Origin: a virus
Taxonomy: Duplodnaviria > Caudoviricetes
Virus record (IMG/VR): IMGVR_UViG_3300030100_000466
Coordinates: 1-34,779 of that record
Direction: 5' to 3' (one strand)
DNA: 34,779 nt
The notes beneath the pieces are model-generated. The model did not search any database and was not told the origin of the DNA. It saw only the letters and a list, made by a program, of their open reading frames with translations. Below are positions 27,177 to 34,076 of this stretch, piece after piece (position 1 is the stretch's first letter; each line of letters starts with the position of its first letter). A program made the translations under genes and the position numbers.

Positions 27177-27674
27177 ATGGCACTTACTAATCGTCAGAAA
27201 ACTTTTTGCAAATATATAGTTGAAGGAACATACTCTAACTCTGAGTGTGCTAGAAAGTCTGGCTACTCCGAAGGTCAAGCTAGAAAAACTGCTAGTCTTC
27301 TGTTGAACGGCAGAGATTTTCCTCTTGTAAATGAATATATTAAAGATCTTCGTGAAGCTAGAGAAAGAAAGTATGGTGTAACTCTCATGGGTCAACTCAA
27401 AAGGTTTGCAGATCTGTCGAAAGGTGCAGAAGAATCTGGACAGTTTTCGGCAGCCGTTAATGCAGAAAAGATAAGATCTGCACTTGGTGGTCTTGCTATT
27501 GATAAGAGAGAAACTAATGTTATACATAATTTAGATAAACTTTCTCGTGATGAAATTGTTGCTAGGCTTAATGAACTTCGTAAAAACTACCCCTCTGCGT
27601 TCATTGATGGAGACTTCAAGGTGGTTGAAGAGAGAAAGGGGAAAGTAAAAGCTCTCTCCAACCTGGGCAAATAG
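27177..27674 (+). CDS. terS: Terminase small subunit
   Basis: LTNRQKTFC..Y.....N..ECARKSGYS...A...AS.LL...P.V..YI..LR HTH pattern of TerS proteins. Confidence 0.75.
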   Translation: MALTNRQKTFCKYIVEGTYSNSECARKSGYSEGQARKTASLLLNGRDFPLVNEYIKDLREARERKYGVTLMGQLKRFADLSKGAEESGQFSAAVNAEKIRSALGGLAIDKRETNVIHNLDKLSRDEIVARLNELRKNYPSAFIDGDFKVVEERKGKVKALSNLGK

Positions 27675-27724
27675 CAATTCCCGATATTGCTCCGTGCAAT
27701 CTAAGGATAATTTAAAACACATAC

Positions 27725-28828
27725 TCAAGTCAAGCCTAGTTCTTTTTTTATTGCTAATCCAATTAACTTTGCATTCTGTGGTACGATAGCATTACCCAAT
27801 GCTTTCAATCTATTTGCTCTATCTTTTTGATCAACAATTATTCTTGGGACTCCTCTAGGTTCGTCCATCCAATAGGATACCCCATCAACCACTCTGTCCA
27901 ATCGCAGTTCAACCTTCCGTCTCCTTCCGTTTGGTACATCTTCATTCCCAAGTCCATCTGTCTTCCTTTGTCCACTCGGTTCTCCCAAAAGTCCTTGTTG
28001 CCGTTGTAACTGTGCTTCTTTAGACTTGATGTTGGTGTTGGATAATTCCACTCTTCCATTCTCGGTGGTCTCAAAGTCACTCCGTTCATCATGGCTTGAG
28101 CTTCTGCTTCCGTCAGTTCTCCGTTCTCCACTTTCCTTCTGAACATCATTGTCTGACCCTCCGAGGCATGACCGAAACCTTTTGTTGTCGGTGTCGGATA
28201 CATCTCCATTGTCTTCGGATCGACTTGCTCCCTCAGATTGCTCGGTCTCTTGCGACCTTTTCTGTGTCCCTCTTGCATCTTTTTCGTTGCCTCTGCACTT
28301 CTCGGTGGTAGGGAATCCATAGTCGTGGGGGTCGCCCAAGTTTCTACAGATGATCCATAATCTTTCTCGTTTGTGTCTTGCTCCGATTGCACTAGACGGA
28401 AGTACAAATGTCCTCGTATGGTAGTTGAGGCTTTCCATTGCAAAGAGTACCTCGTCAAGTCCCAATGAGATGTGTCCATAAACATTTTCGAAAACACAAT
28501 AAGTGGGTCTGACTTGTTCAATAATTTTATGCAAGTACGGAAAGATGTATCTAGGGTCTTCCGTGCCGAGCCTTTTGCCACTTGTACTGAAGGCTTGACA
28601 TGGATATCCACCTGTGAGGATATCTGGTCGTTCTGAAATAAATCTTGTTGGGTCATCTGCGATCTCCTTTACATCATCATAGATTGGAATACCTGGAAAG
28701 TTTTTGGCAAGAACTTTCTGACAAAACTTGTCTGTGTCGCAAAAAGCGATAGGCTCTGATAACTTTGCCATAGAAAAACCTACGGCAAAGCCACCAATAC
28801 CACTACATAAATCAAGATGTTTGAGCAT
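27725..28828 (-). CDS. C5 cytosine DNA methyltransferase, large (alpha-type) polypeptide
   Basis: Motifs I LDLCSGIGG, IV GGYPCQ, VI ENV, VIII HKRERLW and X LGNAIVP; no motif IX in this frame. Confidence 0.9.
   Translation of the reverse strand: MLKHLDLCSGIGGFAVGFSMAKLSEPIAFCDTDKFCQKVLAKNFPGIPIYDDVKEIADDPTRFISERPDILTGGYPCQAFSTSGKRLGTEDPRYIFPYLHKIIEQVRPTYCVFENVYGHISLGLDEVLFAMESLNYHTRTFVLPSSAIGARHKRERLWIICRNLGDPHDYGFPTTEKCRGNEKDARGTQKRSQETEQSEGASRSEDNGDVSDTDNKRFRSCLGGSDNDVQKESGERRTDGSRSSSHDERSDFETTENGRVELSNTNIKSKEAQLQRQQGLLGEPSGQRKTDGLGNEDVPNGRRRKVELRLDRVVDGVSYWMDEPRGVPRIIVDQKDRANRLKALGNAIVPQNAKLIGLAIKKELGLT
27838..28656 (-). CDS. Overprinted C5 methyltransferase small (beta-type) polypeptide carrying TRD-like repeats and motif IX
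   Basis: 272 aa, +1 frame inside the MTase gene; AAGGAG SD 7 nt before the ATG; ends RLNCDWTEWLMGYPIGW. Confidence 0.8.
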   Translation of the reverse strand: MTQQDLFQNDQISSQVDIHVKPSVQVAKGSARKTLDTSFRTCIKLLNKSDPLIVFSKMFMDTSHWDLTRYSLQWKASTTIRGHLYFRLVQSEQDTNEKDYGSSVETWATPTTMDSLPPRSAEATKKMQEGHRKGRKRPSNLREQVDPKTMEMYPTPTTKGFGHASEGQTMMFRRKVENGELTEAEAQAMMNGVTLRPPRMEEWNYPTPTSSLKKHSYNGNKDFWENRVDKGRQMDLGMKMYQTEGDGRLNCDWTEWLMGYPIGWTNLEESQE

Positions 28829-29024
28829 CTTTTACCTCTTCATCTATTTGATCATTATACAAAGCTATTCCAAAGTCATAGCCTAAATTGTAATAGTGAT
28901 GGGATTGAGTATCATCTCTCTTGCCATGTATCAATCCATCTACTACACCATCTTTAAATTTTTCTATAATTTTATATTCTTTAATCTGCTCTTCTAATGC
29001 CAATTCTATTAAATTAACTTTCAT
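28812..29024 (-). CDS. Hypothetical protein
   Basis: 70 aa; AGGAG SD; similar to 29517-29696. Confidence 0.65.
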   Translation of the reverse strand: MKVNLIELALEEQIKEYKIIEKFKDGVVDGLIHGKRDDTQSHHYYNLGYDFGIALYNDQIDEEVKDAQTS

Positions 29025-29040
29025 TTTTTACTCCTATTAT

Positions 29041-29114
29041 TGGAGAGGGTAGAGGGATTTGAACCCTCGTAAATGGTTTTGCAGACCATCTCCTAACCTC
29101 TCGGACATACCCTC
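29041..29114 (-). tRNA. tRNA-Cys(GCA)
   Basis: Acceptor stem GAGGGTA/TACCCTC, anticodon arm ATGGT-CTGCAAA-ACCAT, T arm GAGGG-TTCAAAT-CCCTC, U73 discriminator and encoded CCA. Confidence 0.95.
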
Positions 29115-29116
29115 GA

Positions 29117-29524
29117 TTATAACTCTGCTTCGAATTGGCACTCGCCTTTTTCTTTAACACATTCCAAGATTTGATTACCTAATCCAAGTCTTGCATACCA
29201 TTCTAAATAATGCTTTACCCCTTGTTCGGTAAACTTCTTTGATGGTAAACCTTCAAAAGAATAAATGTCGTTTAGATAATCAACTAACATCTTGTCATTG
29301 TATCCGTTATTTTCTTCAAAGAATTTATCTAATATTTTCAAAAGACGACCTAAATAACTTTTGCATTTCTTGATACCTTCTTCTATCTTCGGCAAGTCCT
29401 CTGCATCAAAGTAATAATTTAAAAACCTTGCTTCTCCTTGTTGACCAAAGAAATCTGCATCATCACTTGATTGAACTGCAAACCAAAACTTACCTTCAAT
29501 ATCTCCGTTGTAATATCTACCCAT
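29117..29524 (-). CDS. Hypothetical phage protein
   Basis: MGRYYNGDIEGKFWFAVQSS...CQFEAEL; start at 29524 follows an AAGGAGA SD. Confidence 0.7.
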   Translation of the reverse strand: MGRYYNGDIEGKFWFAVQSSDDADFFGQQGEARFLNYYFDAEDLPKIEEGIKKCKSYLGRLLKILDKFFEENNGYNDKMLVDYLNDIYSFEGLPSKKFTEQGVKHYLEWYARLGLGNQILECVKEKGECQFEAEL

Positions 29525-29696
29525 TTTTTTCTCCTTCAATTATTTCTTTTAAATGAACCCCAAACTCATAACCTTTAAAATGAAGAGGTGGGATATCACG
29601 AACATTTATCTTTCCGTGAATTAATCCTTTCTTAATACCAAACTTAAAGTCATCTAAATCTTCTTTACTAAAGACTTTCTTTTTATAATCCTCCAT
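29517..29696 (-). CDS. Hypothetical protein (59 aa)
   Basis: Manual translation MEDYKKKVFS...FKFGIKKGLIHGK...GYEFGV...; GAAAGGA SD. Confidence 0.65.
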   Translation of the reverse strand: MEDYKKKVFSKEDLDDFKFGIKKGLIHGKINVRDIPPLHFKGYEFGVHLKEIIEGEKNG

Positions 29697-29698
29697 AA

Positions 29699-29863
29699 TT
29701 AATCCTTTCCTAATTCTAATAGTTTTCTATTTATTACTTCAGTTACTTTCTTATCTATAACTTCATCAAACCAATCACTCTCCGTAACCACATCAAGTTC
29801 ATGGAGAAGAAAATCTTCTACTGCTTTTGCTAGTTCTACACTAGTTGGTCTTGGTTGGCTCAT
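29699..29863 (-). CDS. Hypothetical protein (54 aa)
   Basis: Manual translation MSQPRPTSVELAKAVEDF...; TAATG coupling and GGAG SD. Confidence 0.6.
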   Translation of the reverse strand: MSQPRPTSVELAKAVEDFLLHELDVVTESDWFDEVIDKKVTEVINRKLLELGKD

Positions 29864-30375
29864 TACACAACTCCATCATAAAGTTTCCATGCTAAATCAA
29901 ATTCTAAAAAGTTTAAGCAAACATCTTGTGAGTGATTTTTTTTCATATGGTTCTGAAACTGTACATCTGAGACACCTCTTTTTTTGTAAGCATAAAGTTC
30001 GTTCTTAACTTTATCGACACAAATAAATTTTGTTCTCATGTCGGTCTTAAGTTTCTTTTGCTCAAGATGATCATAAAGTCTGTCTTGACACCAATGCTCG
30101 AGATCAATCTCTACTTCTCCCCATTCATACTTTTTAGTACCAAATGTTTTGATACAGTATTGATCAAGAGTTTGTAACAAATTTCCCATGTGGCTATCCC
30201 ACTCTTCCATGAATTGTGGATAAGCAAATTGTCTATCACTCCCACCACGACCTTCATTAGATACTTCAACTGCTTTTTTGCCGTTGACATATACTGTCGC
30301 ATTATAACAAGGAGTTTCTTCACTTCCTTGTTTATAATAAGAAATATTTTTTAGTTCTAGTTTTGATATTTGCAT
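29863..30375 (-). CDS. Hypothetical phage protein
   Basis: Start MQISKL follows GAAAGGAGA; SEETPCY.A..Y.NG...N.G.GG motif. Confidence 0.7.
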   Translation of the reverse strand: MQISKLELKNISYYKQGSEETPCYNATVYVNGKKAVEVSNEGRGGSDRQFAYPQFMEEWDSHMGNLLQTLDQYCIKTFGTKKYEWGEVEIDLEHWCQDRLYDHLEQKKLKTDMRTKFICVDKVKNELYAYKKRGVSDVQFQNHMKKNHSQDVCLNFLEFDLAWKLYDGVV

Positions 30376-30444
30376 AACATCTCCTTTCATTCTGTTGTTG
30401 CAATATTCAAGATTAGGCACGAAGATCATGCCTAACTTTGAGTA

Positions 30445-30642
30445 TTACATATCATCTGTTCTATTCTCATGGTAATCAAAATCAACTTGATCATTCTGTA
30501 AAATCTCAATAAATTTTTTGATTGCTTCGTTCCTAGCTTTTTTATCCCATTTATTAAAACCTCTGATACAAACTCCAGTTTCAAGAAAAACATCAAAGCC
30601 TTTAACTTCTGCCTTTTTCCATTCTTTAATTGTCATTGACAT
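30445..30642 (-). CDS. Hypothetical protein
   Basis: 65 aa; part of a packed early operon. Confidence 0.55.
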   Translation of the reverse strand: MSMTIKEWKKAEVKGFDVFLETGVCIRGFNKWDKKARNEAIKKFIEILQNDQVDFDYHENRTDDM

Positions 30643-30842
30643 ATATTTTCTTCCTCTATGTTTTCTAATATTAACTGTTCTGCAATCTTAACAACAAAGC
30701 CACCCTTCCAAGTAAGTCCATCAACTTCATAAAGTCTATTACCTATTTCTTTAAATGCTTGATCGTTTGTCATGCCCTCGTCATTGAGAAGGATATCTAA
30801 ATCCTCCTCAACTCTATAGACTAACTTTGTAAGTCTAGTCAT
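30633..30842 (-). CDS. Hypothetical protein
   Basis: 69 aa; overlaps its neighbours. Confidence 0.6.
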   Translation of the reverse strand: MTRLTKLVYRVEEDLDILLNDEGMTNDQAFKEIGNRLYEVDGLTWKGGFVVKIAEQLILENIEEENICQ

Positions 30843-31038
30843 TTTGCAGACCTACGATTTCTTTTTCAAGATCGGTTTTCATATCTTCCAATTTCATTTC
30901 CTCCTCTTTTAAATGTATTTGCATCTCAAGATTTGCTTTAATTTGACCTTGAATGTATGTAATTTCGCTATACAAAGATGAAACATTTTTCTTTTCATAA
31001 TTCGAAATTACTTTCTTTTCTAAAATTTCAACTGTCAT
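30835..31038 (-). CDS. Hypothetical coiled-coil protein
   Basis: 67 aa; AAGGAGG SD. Confidence 0.6.
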   Translation of the reverse strand: MTVEILEKKVISNYEKKNVSSLYSEITYIQGQIKANLEMQIHLKEEEMKLEDMKTDLEKEIVGLQND

Positions 31039-31495
31039 TTTTTCCTCCTTTGTTAAATATTTTAGATATTTTTTTATTAACTTCTTCTCTTATTATAGAG
31101 TTCTTTGCTTCCTCTACATCTGCTTCTATTGGGACAATCTCAAAACCAGTTTGTCCATGATAGATTTGAACTTTGCCAATCCATCTAATTTTACTTTCAA
31201 CTTCTTCCAACGTGCTTTTAACTGCAACACTTTCGCCCTCTGCATCTGTACCTAAAACTAAAGCCTTGCCCATTAAAGGTGCAACGTGTCCGTTATCGTA
31301 TGTAAATTCAAAGCCATAATTTTCTTTTCTTAATAAGCCTTCGTCATCAACATACAATGTGTCTTCATTTCTAAAACCATAAACTGCATCAAATCCCCTT
31401 TGCGAATTTATAAGTTTATTAATGGTTTGATAGTCTCCGTTGTAATCAACAACGGAAACTATTTTATTAATCGGATCAATTAGATATGCTTTCAT
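31028..31495 (-). CDS. DUF3846-like protein
   Basis: MKAYLIDP...LYVDDEGL...L.G.ALVLG.D.EG pattern; GGAGG SD. Confidence 0.7.
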   Translation of the reverse strand: MKAYLIDPINKIVSVVDYNGDYQTINKLINSQRGFDAVYGFRNEDTLYVDDEGLLRKENYGFEFTYDNGHVAPLMGKALVLGTDAEGESVAVKSTLEEVESKIRWIGKVQIYHGQTGFEIVPIEADVEEAKNSIIREEVNKKISKIFNKGGKNDS

Positions 31496-31779
31496 TGATA
31501 CTCTCCTCCAAATTCTATAACCTCTCTCTTTTTGCAGTTCGGTATTTTAATAAATTTAATTGGTAAATCTGAAAATGCCCAAACCCTACCTTGAAAGATT
31601 AAATTATTTTCTCTTAAAAATTTTATAGCTTCGTGTTTGAATTGATCGCCATATCCGTATTGCATAGGCAAATTATAAACCTTGCTATCTTTGGTGCTTT
31701 CAATCTGTGCAGAAAAATAACTATTTCCATAAGTTTTGTCTCTCCACTCTTTAGCAGTTACAATAATATCTATTGCCAT
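31492..31779 (-). CDS. Hypothetical phage protein
   Basis: W.DK.YGNSYFS...P.QYGYG; AAGGGGG SD. Confidence 0.65.
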   Translation of the reverse strand: MAIDIIVTAKEWRDKTYGNSYFSAQIESTKDSKVYNLPMQYGYGDQFKHEAIKFLRENNLIFQGRVWAFSDLPIKFIKIPNCKKREVIEFGGEYQ

Positions 31780-31895
31780 TTTTTCCCCCTTATATATTCT
31801 TTTGTTTCTTCTTGCTCTTCAACAATGATTTGTAAAACATACAAACCACTTAAAAACCATTCTTGATTTTTTAAATTTGAGTTTACGTCTTCCAT
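31770..31895 (-). CDS. Hypothetical protein (41 aa)
   Basis: Manual translation MEDVNSNLKNQEWFL...; GAAAGG SD; first ORF after the promoter. Confidence 0.45.
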   Translation of the reverse strand: MEDVNSNLKNQEWFLSGLYVLQIIVEEQEETKEYIRGKKWQ

Positions 31896-31934
31896 TTTAT
31901 AACCTTTCTGTTAAAATTAAATTATGCCTTAATT

Positions 31935-31964
31935 ATTTATCTCATAAAATCCCATAAAGGTCAA
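31935..31964 (-). promoter_or_regulatory. Sigma70-like early promoter
   Basis: TTGACC, then TTATGGGAT and TTATGAGAT tandem boxes and an AT-rich -10 region. Confidence 0.5.
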
Positions 31965-31972
31965 GCGATAAA

Positions 31973-32389
31973 ATGAAAGAAAAGCAATTTTTTTTGAATA
32001 TAAAAAAGCAGTTACCACCAAATACTTTTATTCAAAAAATAGAAAACAAATTTAATTCTGGTTTTACTGATGTAATAATAATTAATAAAAAACTACCATT
32101 ATTTATTGAGTTAAAATCGCCAACAAAAGGAAACAAATTTAAGGTTGAGTTGTCCCAAATATCAACGCATTTGAGGATACAAGCTAATAATTATGTTTCT
32201 TTTTTCTTGGTTCGACACCCTTCAACCTCGCTTCTATATTTGTTTGAAGGTGGTTCGCTCTGCAAGTTTCTTGCGTCCCAACCTTGCAACCCTTCTCTGT
32301 CCCCCTCGACCGAAGGATTTATTGCTTCTGGAACTTTAGATATAGTCCTGGCTCTTGCAAATCAAAGAGTGGAACAGTTGCAGAAATAA
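31973..32389 (+). CDS. VRR-NUC/Holliday junction resolvase-like nuclease
   Basis: E..F....K...KIEN...SGFTDV...FIELK...SQ motif layout. Confidence 0.65.
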   Translation: MKEKQFFLNIKKQLPPNTFIQKIENKFNSGFTDVIIINKKLPLFIELKSPTKGNKFKVELSQISTHLRIQANNYVSFFLVRHPSTSLLYLFEGGSLCKFLASQPCNPSLSPSTEGFIASGTLDIVLALANQRVEQLQK

Positions 32390-32446
32390 CGAAGTGATCG
32401 CTCTGCGAATTTCTGCAACTTTTGCTTCCGAAGGATCTGCGTCTTT

Positions 32447-32544
32447 AAAAAAAATTTCTTGACATCGCAAAGGAAACGGAGTGGTCGCCTTGCGATCCTT
32501 TGCGATTTTTGTCTGCGAACCTTCGACAGAAGAAAAAAAAGAGA
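32447..32544. repeat. Intergenic repeat, copy A (about 100 bp)
   Basis: Close match to 33144-33250; contains the 11-bp inverted repeat ATCGCAAAGGA/TCCTTTGCGAT. Confidence 0.9.
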
Positions 32545-32557
32545 AGGGTGCTGCAAC

Positions 32558-32583
32558 AAAAAAAAGAGAGCCGAAGCTCTCTT
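32558..32583 (-). terminator. Intrinsic terminator with UUCG loop
   Basis: AAGAGAGC-TTCG-GCTCTC followed by a T tract, just after the 32604-33044 gene. Confidence 0.8.
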
Positions 32584-32603
32584 GATTTTGGTTCTCCTCC
32601 TTT

Positions 32604-33044
32604 CTACCATGAAGCACGATAGTAGACACCTCTCGGCTCAACATATAAGTCATGCTTTTCCTTCATCTCGAAACCTTCCTTTAAAAACTCGATAGCTTTT
32701 TCAAAGCAACTGATCGCATAGTTCTTTTCTGGCTCGTTGTAATAACCGAACTCGGTTGAGTTACCAAAGAAAAAACCAGAGTGATCAAGTTTTAAATTAT
32801 CGTTGCGAATGGCATCAATAATATCTTCCAAGTTCTTCTGTGTTAAAGCGATCTCTTGACAGTTATCTTTTCCCTCTGCGAACTTATCAACAATATAGCC
32901 GTGAAGATCGGCGTGTTTACGCCAATAACCAAGATCAACTTTATAATCTGAGATAGCATATTTGCCATCTAACATCGGTTGAGGTATCTCCTCGTGATAA
33001 GGTGAGTTATATTGCTCACCTCTTAAATACATATCTAATCCCAT
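32604..33044 (-). CDS. Hypothetical phage early protein
   Basis: MGLDMYL...YWRK...LHG...GFFFG...YYRASW; GAAAGGAGA SD; has its own promoter and terminator. Confidence 0.8.
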   Translation of the reverse strand: MGLDMYLRGEQYNSPYHEEIPQPMLDGKYAISDYKVDLGYWRKHADLHGYIVDKFAEGKDNCQEIALTQKNLEDIIDAIRNDNLKLDHSGFFFGNSTEFGYYNEPEKNYAISCFEKAIEFLKEGFEMKEKHDLYVEPRGVYYRASW

Positions 33045-33080
33045 AATTTTTCTCCTTTCATTTTAAAATTATGCTCTTCC

Positions 33081-33109
33081 ATTATATCCCATGCAATCCC
33101 ATAATGCAA
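33081..33109 (-). promoter_or_regulatory. Near-consensus sigma70-like early promoter
   Basis: TTGCAT-17 bp-TATAAT; spacer holds ATGGGAT twice, 10 bp apart. Confidence 0.8.
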
Positions 33110-33143
33110 CCAAAACATTTCACGAAACGTGAATTGCAACTCG

Positions 33144-33250
33144 AAAAAAAATTCTTGACATCGCAAAGGAAACGAAACGAAGTGAAGTGGTCGCTCTGCG
33201 ATCCTTTGCGATTTTTGTCTGCAAGCCTTCGCCAGAAGAAAAAAAAGAGA
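33144..33250. repeat. Intergenic repeat, copy B
   Basis: Close match to 32447-32544 with a short insertion inside the hairpin loop. Confidence 0.9.
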
Positions 33251-33270
33251 GAGCCGAAGCTCCCCCTTTC
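33239..33270 (-). terminator. Intrinsic terminator with UUCG loop
   Basis: GGGGGAGC-TTCG-GCTCTCTC followed by T8. Confidence 0.8.
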
Positions 33271-33290
33271 TCTTTCCGTGGTCGTGGAAA

Positions 33291-33572
33291 CTATGTATAA
33301 TCTGCAAAGGGATCACGACCAGTTATCTCCTTCTCTGCCTTTAAGGATAGCTTTCTATCATATGGCTCGACATAAATATTACCCATGACATCCCCAAACT
33401 CATTGACATAATACGAAGAACCTCGCTCATAAATAGTTCCAAATGTTTTCTTAAAAAACTTTTTGGCTTTACTAAGATCTCCAGTTTTAAATTTCTTTGC
33501 GTATCCATCTCTTGCTTCTATATCGATTACATATTGAAAGTTATAATCGAATGTTTGTTTTCTCTTAGACAT
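33291..33572 (-). CDS. Hypothetical early protein
   Basis: 93 aa; GAAAGGA SD. Confidence 0.65.
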   Translation of the reverse strand: MSKRKQTFDYNFQYVIDIEARDGYAKKFKTGDLSKAKKFFKKTFGTIYERGSSYYVNEFGDVMGNIYVEPYDRKLSLKAEKEITGRDPFADYT

Positions 33573-33586
33573 TTTATTTCCTTTCT

Positions 33587-33616
33587 AAAAAATAATGGGG
33601 ACATTTCTGTCCCCAT
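33587..33616 (-). terminator. Terminator-like hairpin with GAAA loop
   Basis: ATGGGGACA-GAAA-TGTCCCCAT followed by TATTTTT. Confidence 0.7.
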
Positions 33617-33623
33617 CTCCCAA

Positions 33624-33950
33624 CTATTCGTTGGATGCTTTTGGTGTTGGATTCTCAAGGTTGTAAACCTTTGTCTTGAGTTCAACGATCTGCTCTTGCA
33701 AACCCTTGACTACTGACTTCTTGTAAACGGCAGAATCATCACCGATAATCTTGGAAACTATTGTATCCACGACCACTTGTGCGATTGCAGTTTCATCCAA
33801 GTTCTCAACTTGAGATCTGATATCATCGACATCATTACGAAGATCTGAGACTGTGTAAGAGTTCTCAATAGACTCGTTGACTTTCTCGTCTATGACTTCT
33901 TCGATCTTGTCCGTAATGAAAGATTCGATAGTTTCGCCAATATCACTCAT
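33624..33950 (-). CDS. Acidic hypothetical early protein
   Basis: Start MSDIGE follows GAAAGGAGGTGA; rich in D/E; first gene of the early block. Confidence 0.7.
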   Translation of the reverse strand: MSDIGETIESFITDKIEEVIDEKVNESIENSYTVSDLRNDVDDIRSQVENLDETAIAQVVVDTIVSKIIGDDSAVYKKSVVKGLQEQIVELKTKVYNLENPTPKASNE

Positions 33951-33975
33951 ATTATCACCTCCTTTCATCTATAAG

Positions 33976-34002
33976 ATTATATCAAAATAATCCCATAATC
34001 AA
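33976..34002 (-). promoter_or_regulatory. Sigma70-like early promoter
   Basis: TG-A-TATAAT extended -10 with TTGATT 15 bp upstream; ATGGGAT in the spacer. Confidence 0.6.
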
Positions 34003-34076
34003 GCATAAAGTGATTTTATTTCACGAAACGTGAAATGTTTTCTGTCTGCCCTTGCAACCCAAAAAATCACTCTTGG

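Noticed and set aside
26952-27527. 191 aa ORF antisense to terS
   Set aside because: Runs across the repeat array and terS; no motifs; terS has the recognisable domain and a promoter.
29041-29114. tRNA-Cys as an attP site
   Set aside because: No integrase in the window, and the tRNA is full length and atypical for a host copy.
32459-32490. TTGACA in each repeat copy as a + strand promoter
   Set aside because: No -10 box at 16-18 bp in either copy.
32447-33250. Repeats as a CRISPR array or insertion-sequence ends
   Set aside because: Only two long copies separated by a whole gene; no regular spacers, cas genes or transposase.
32336-33388. ORFs 32336-32653, 32362-32610, 32459-32695, 33035-33316 and 33071-33388, some similar to each other
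   Set aside because: Their similarity comes from the non-coding repeat; they cross terminators and promoters and lack SD sites.
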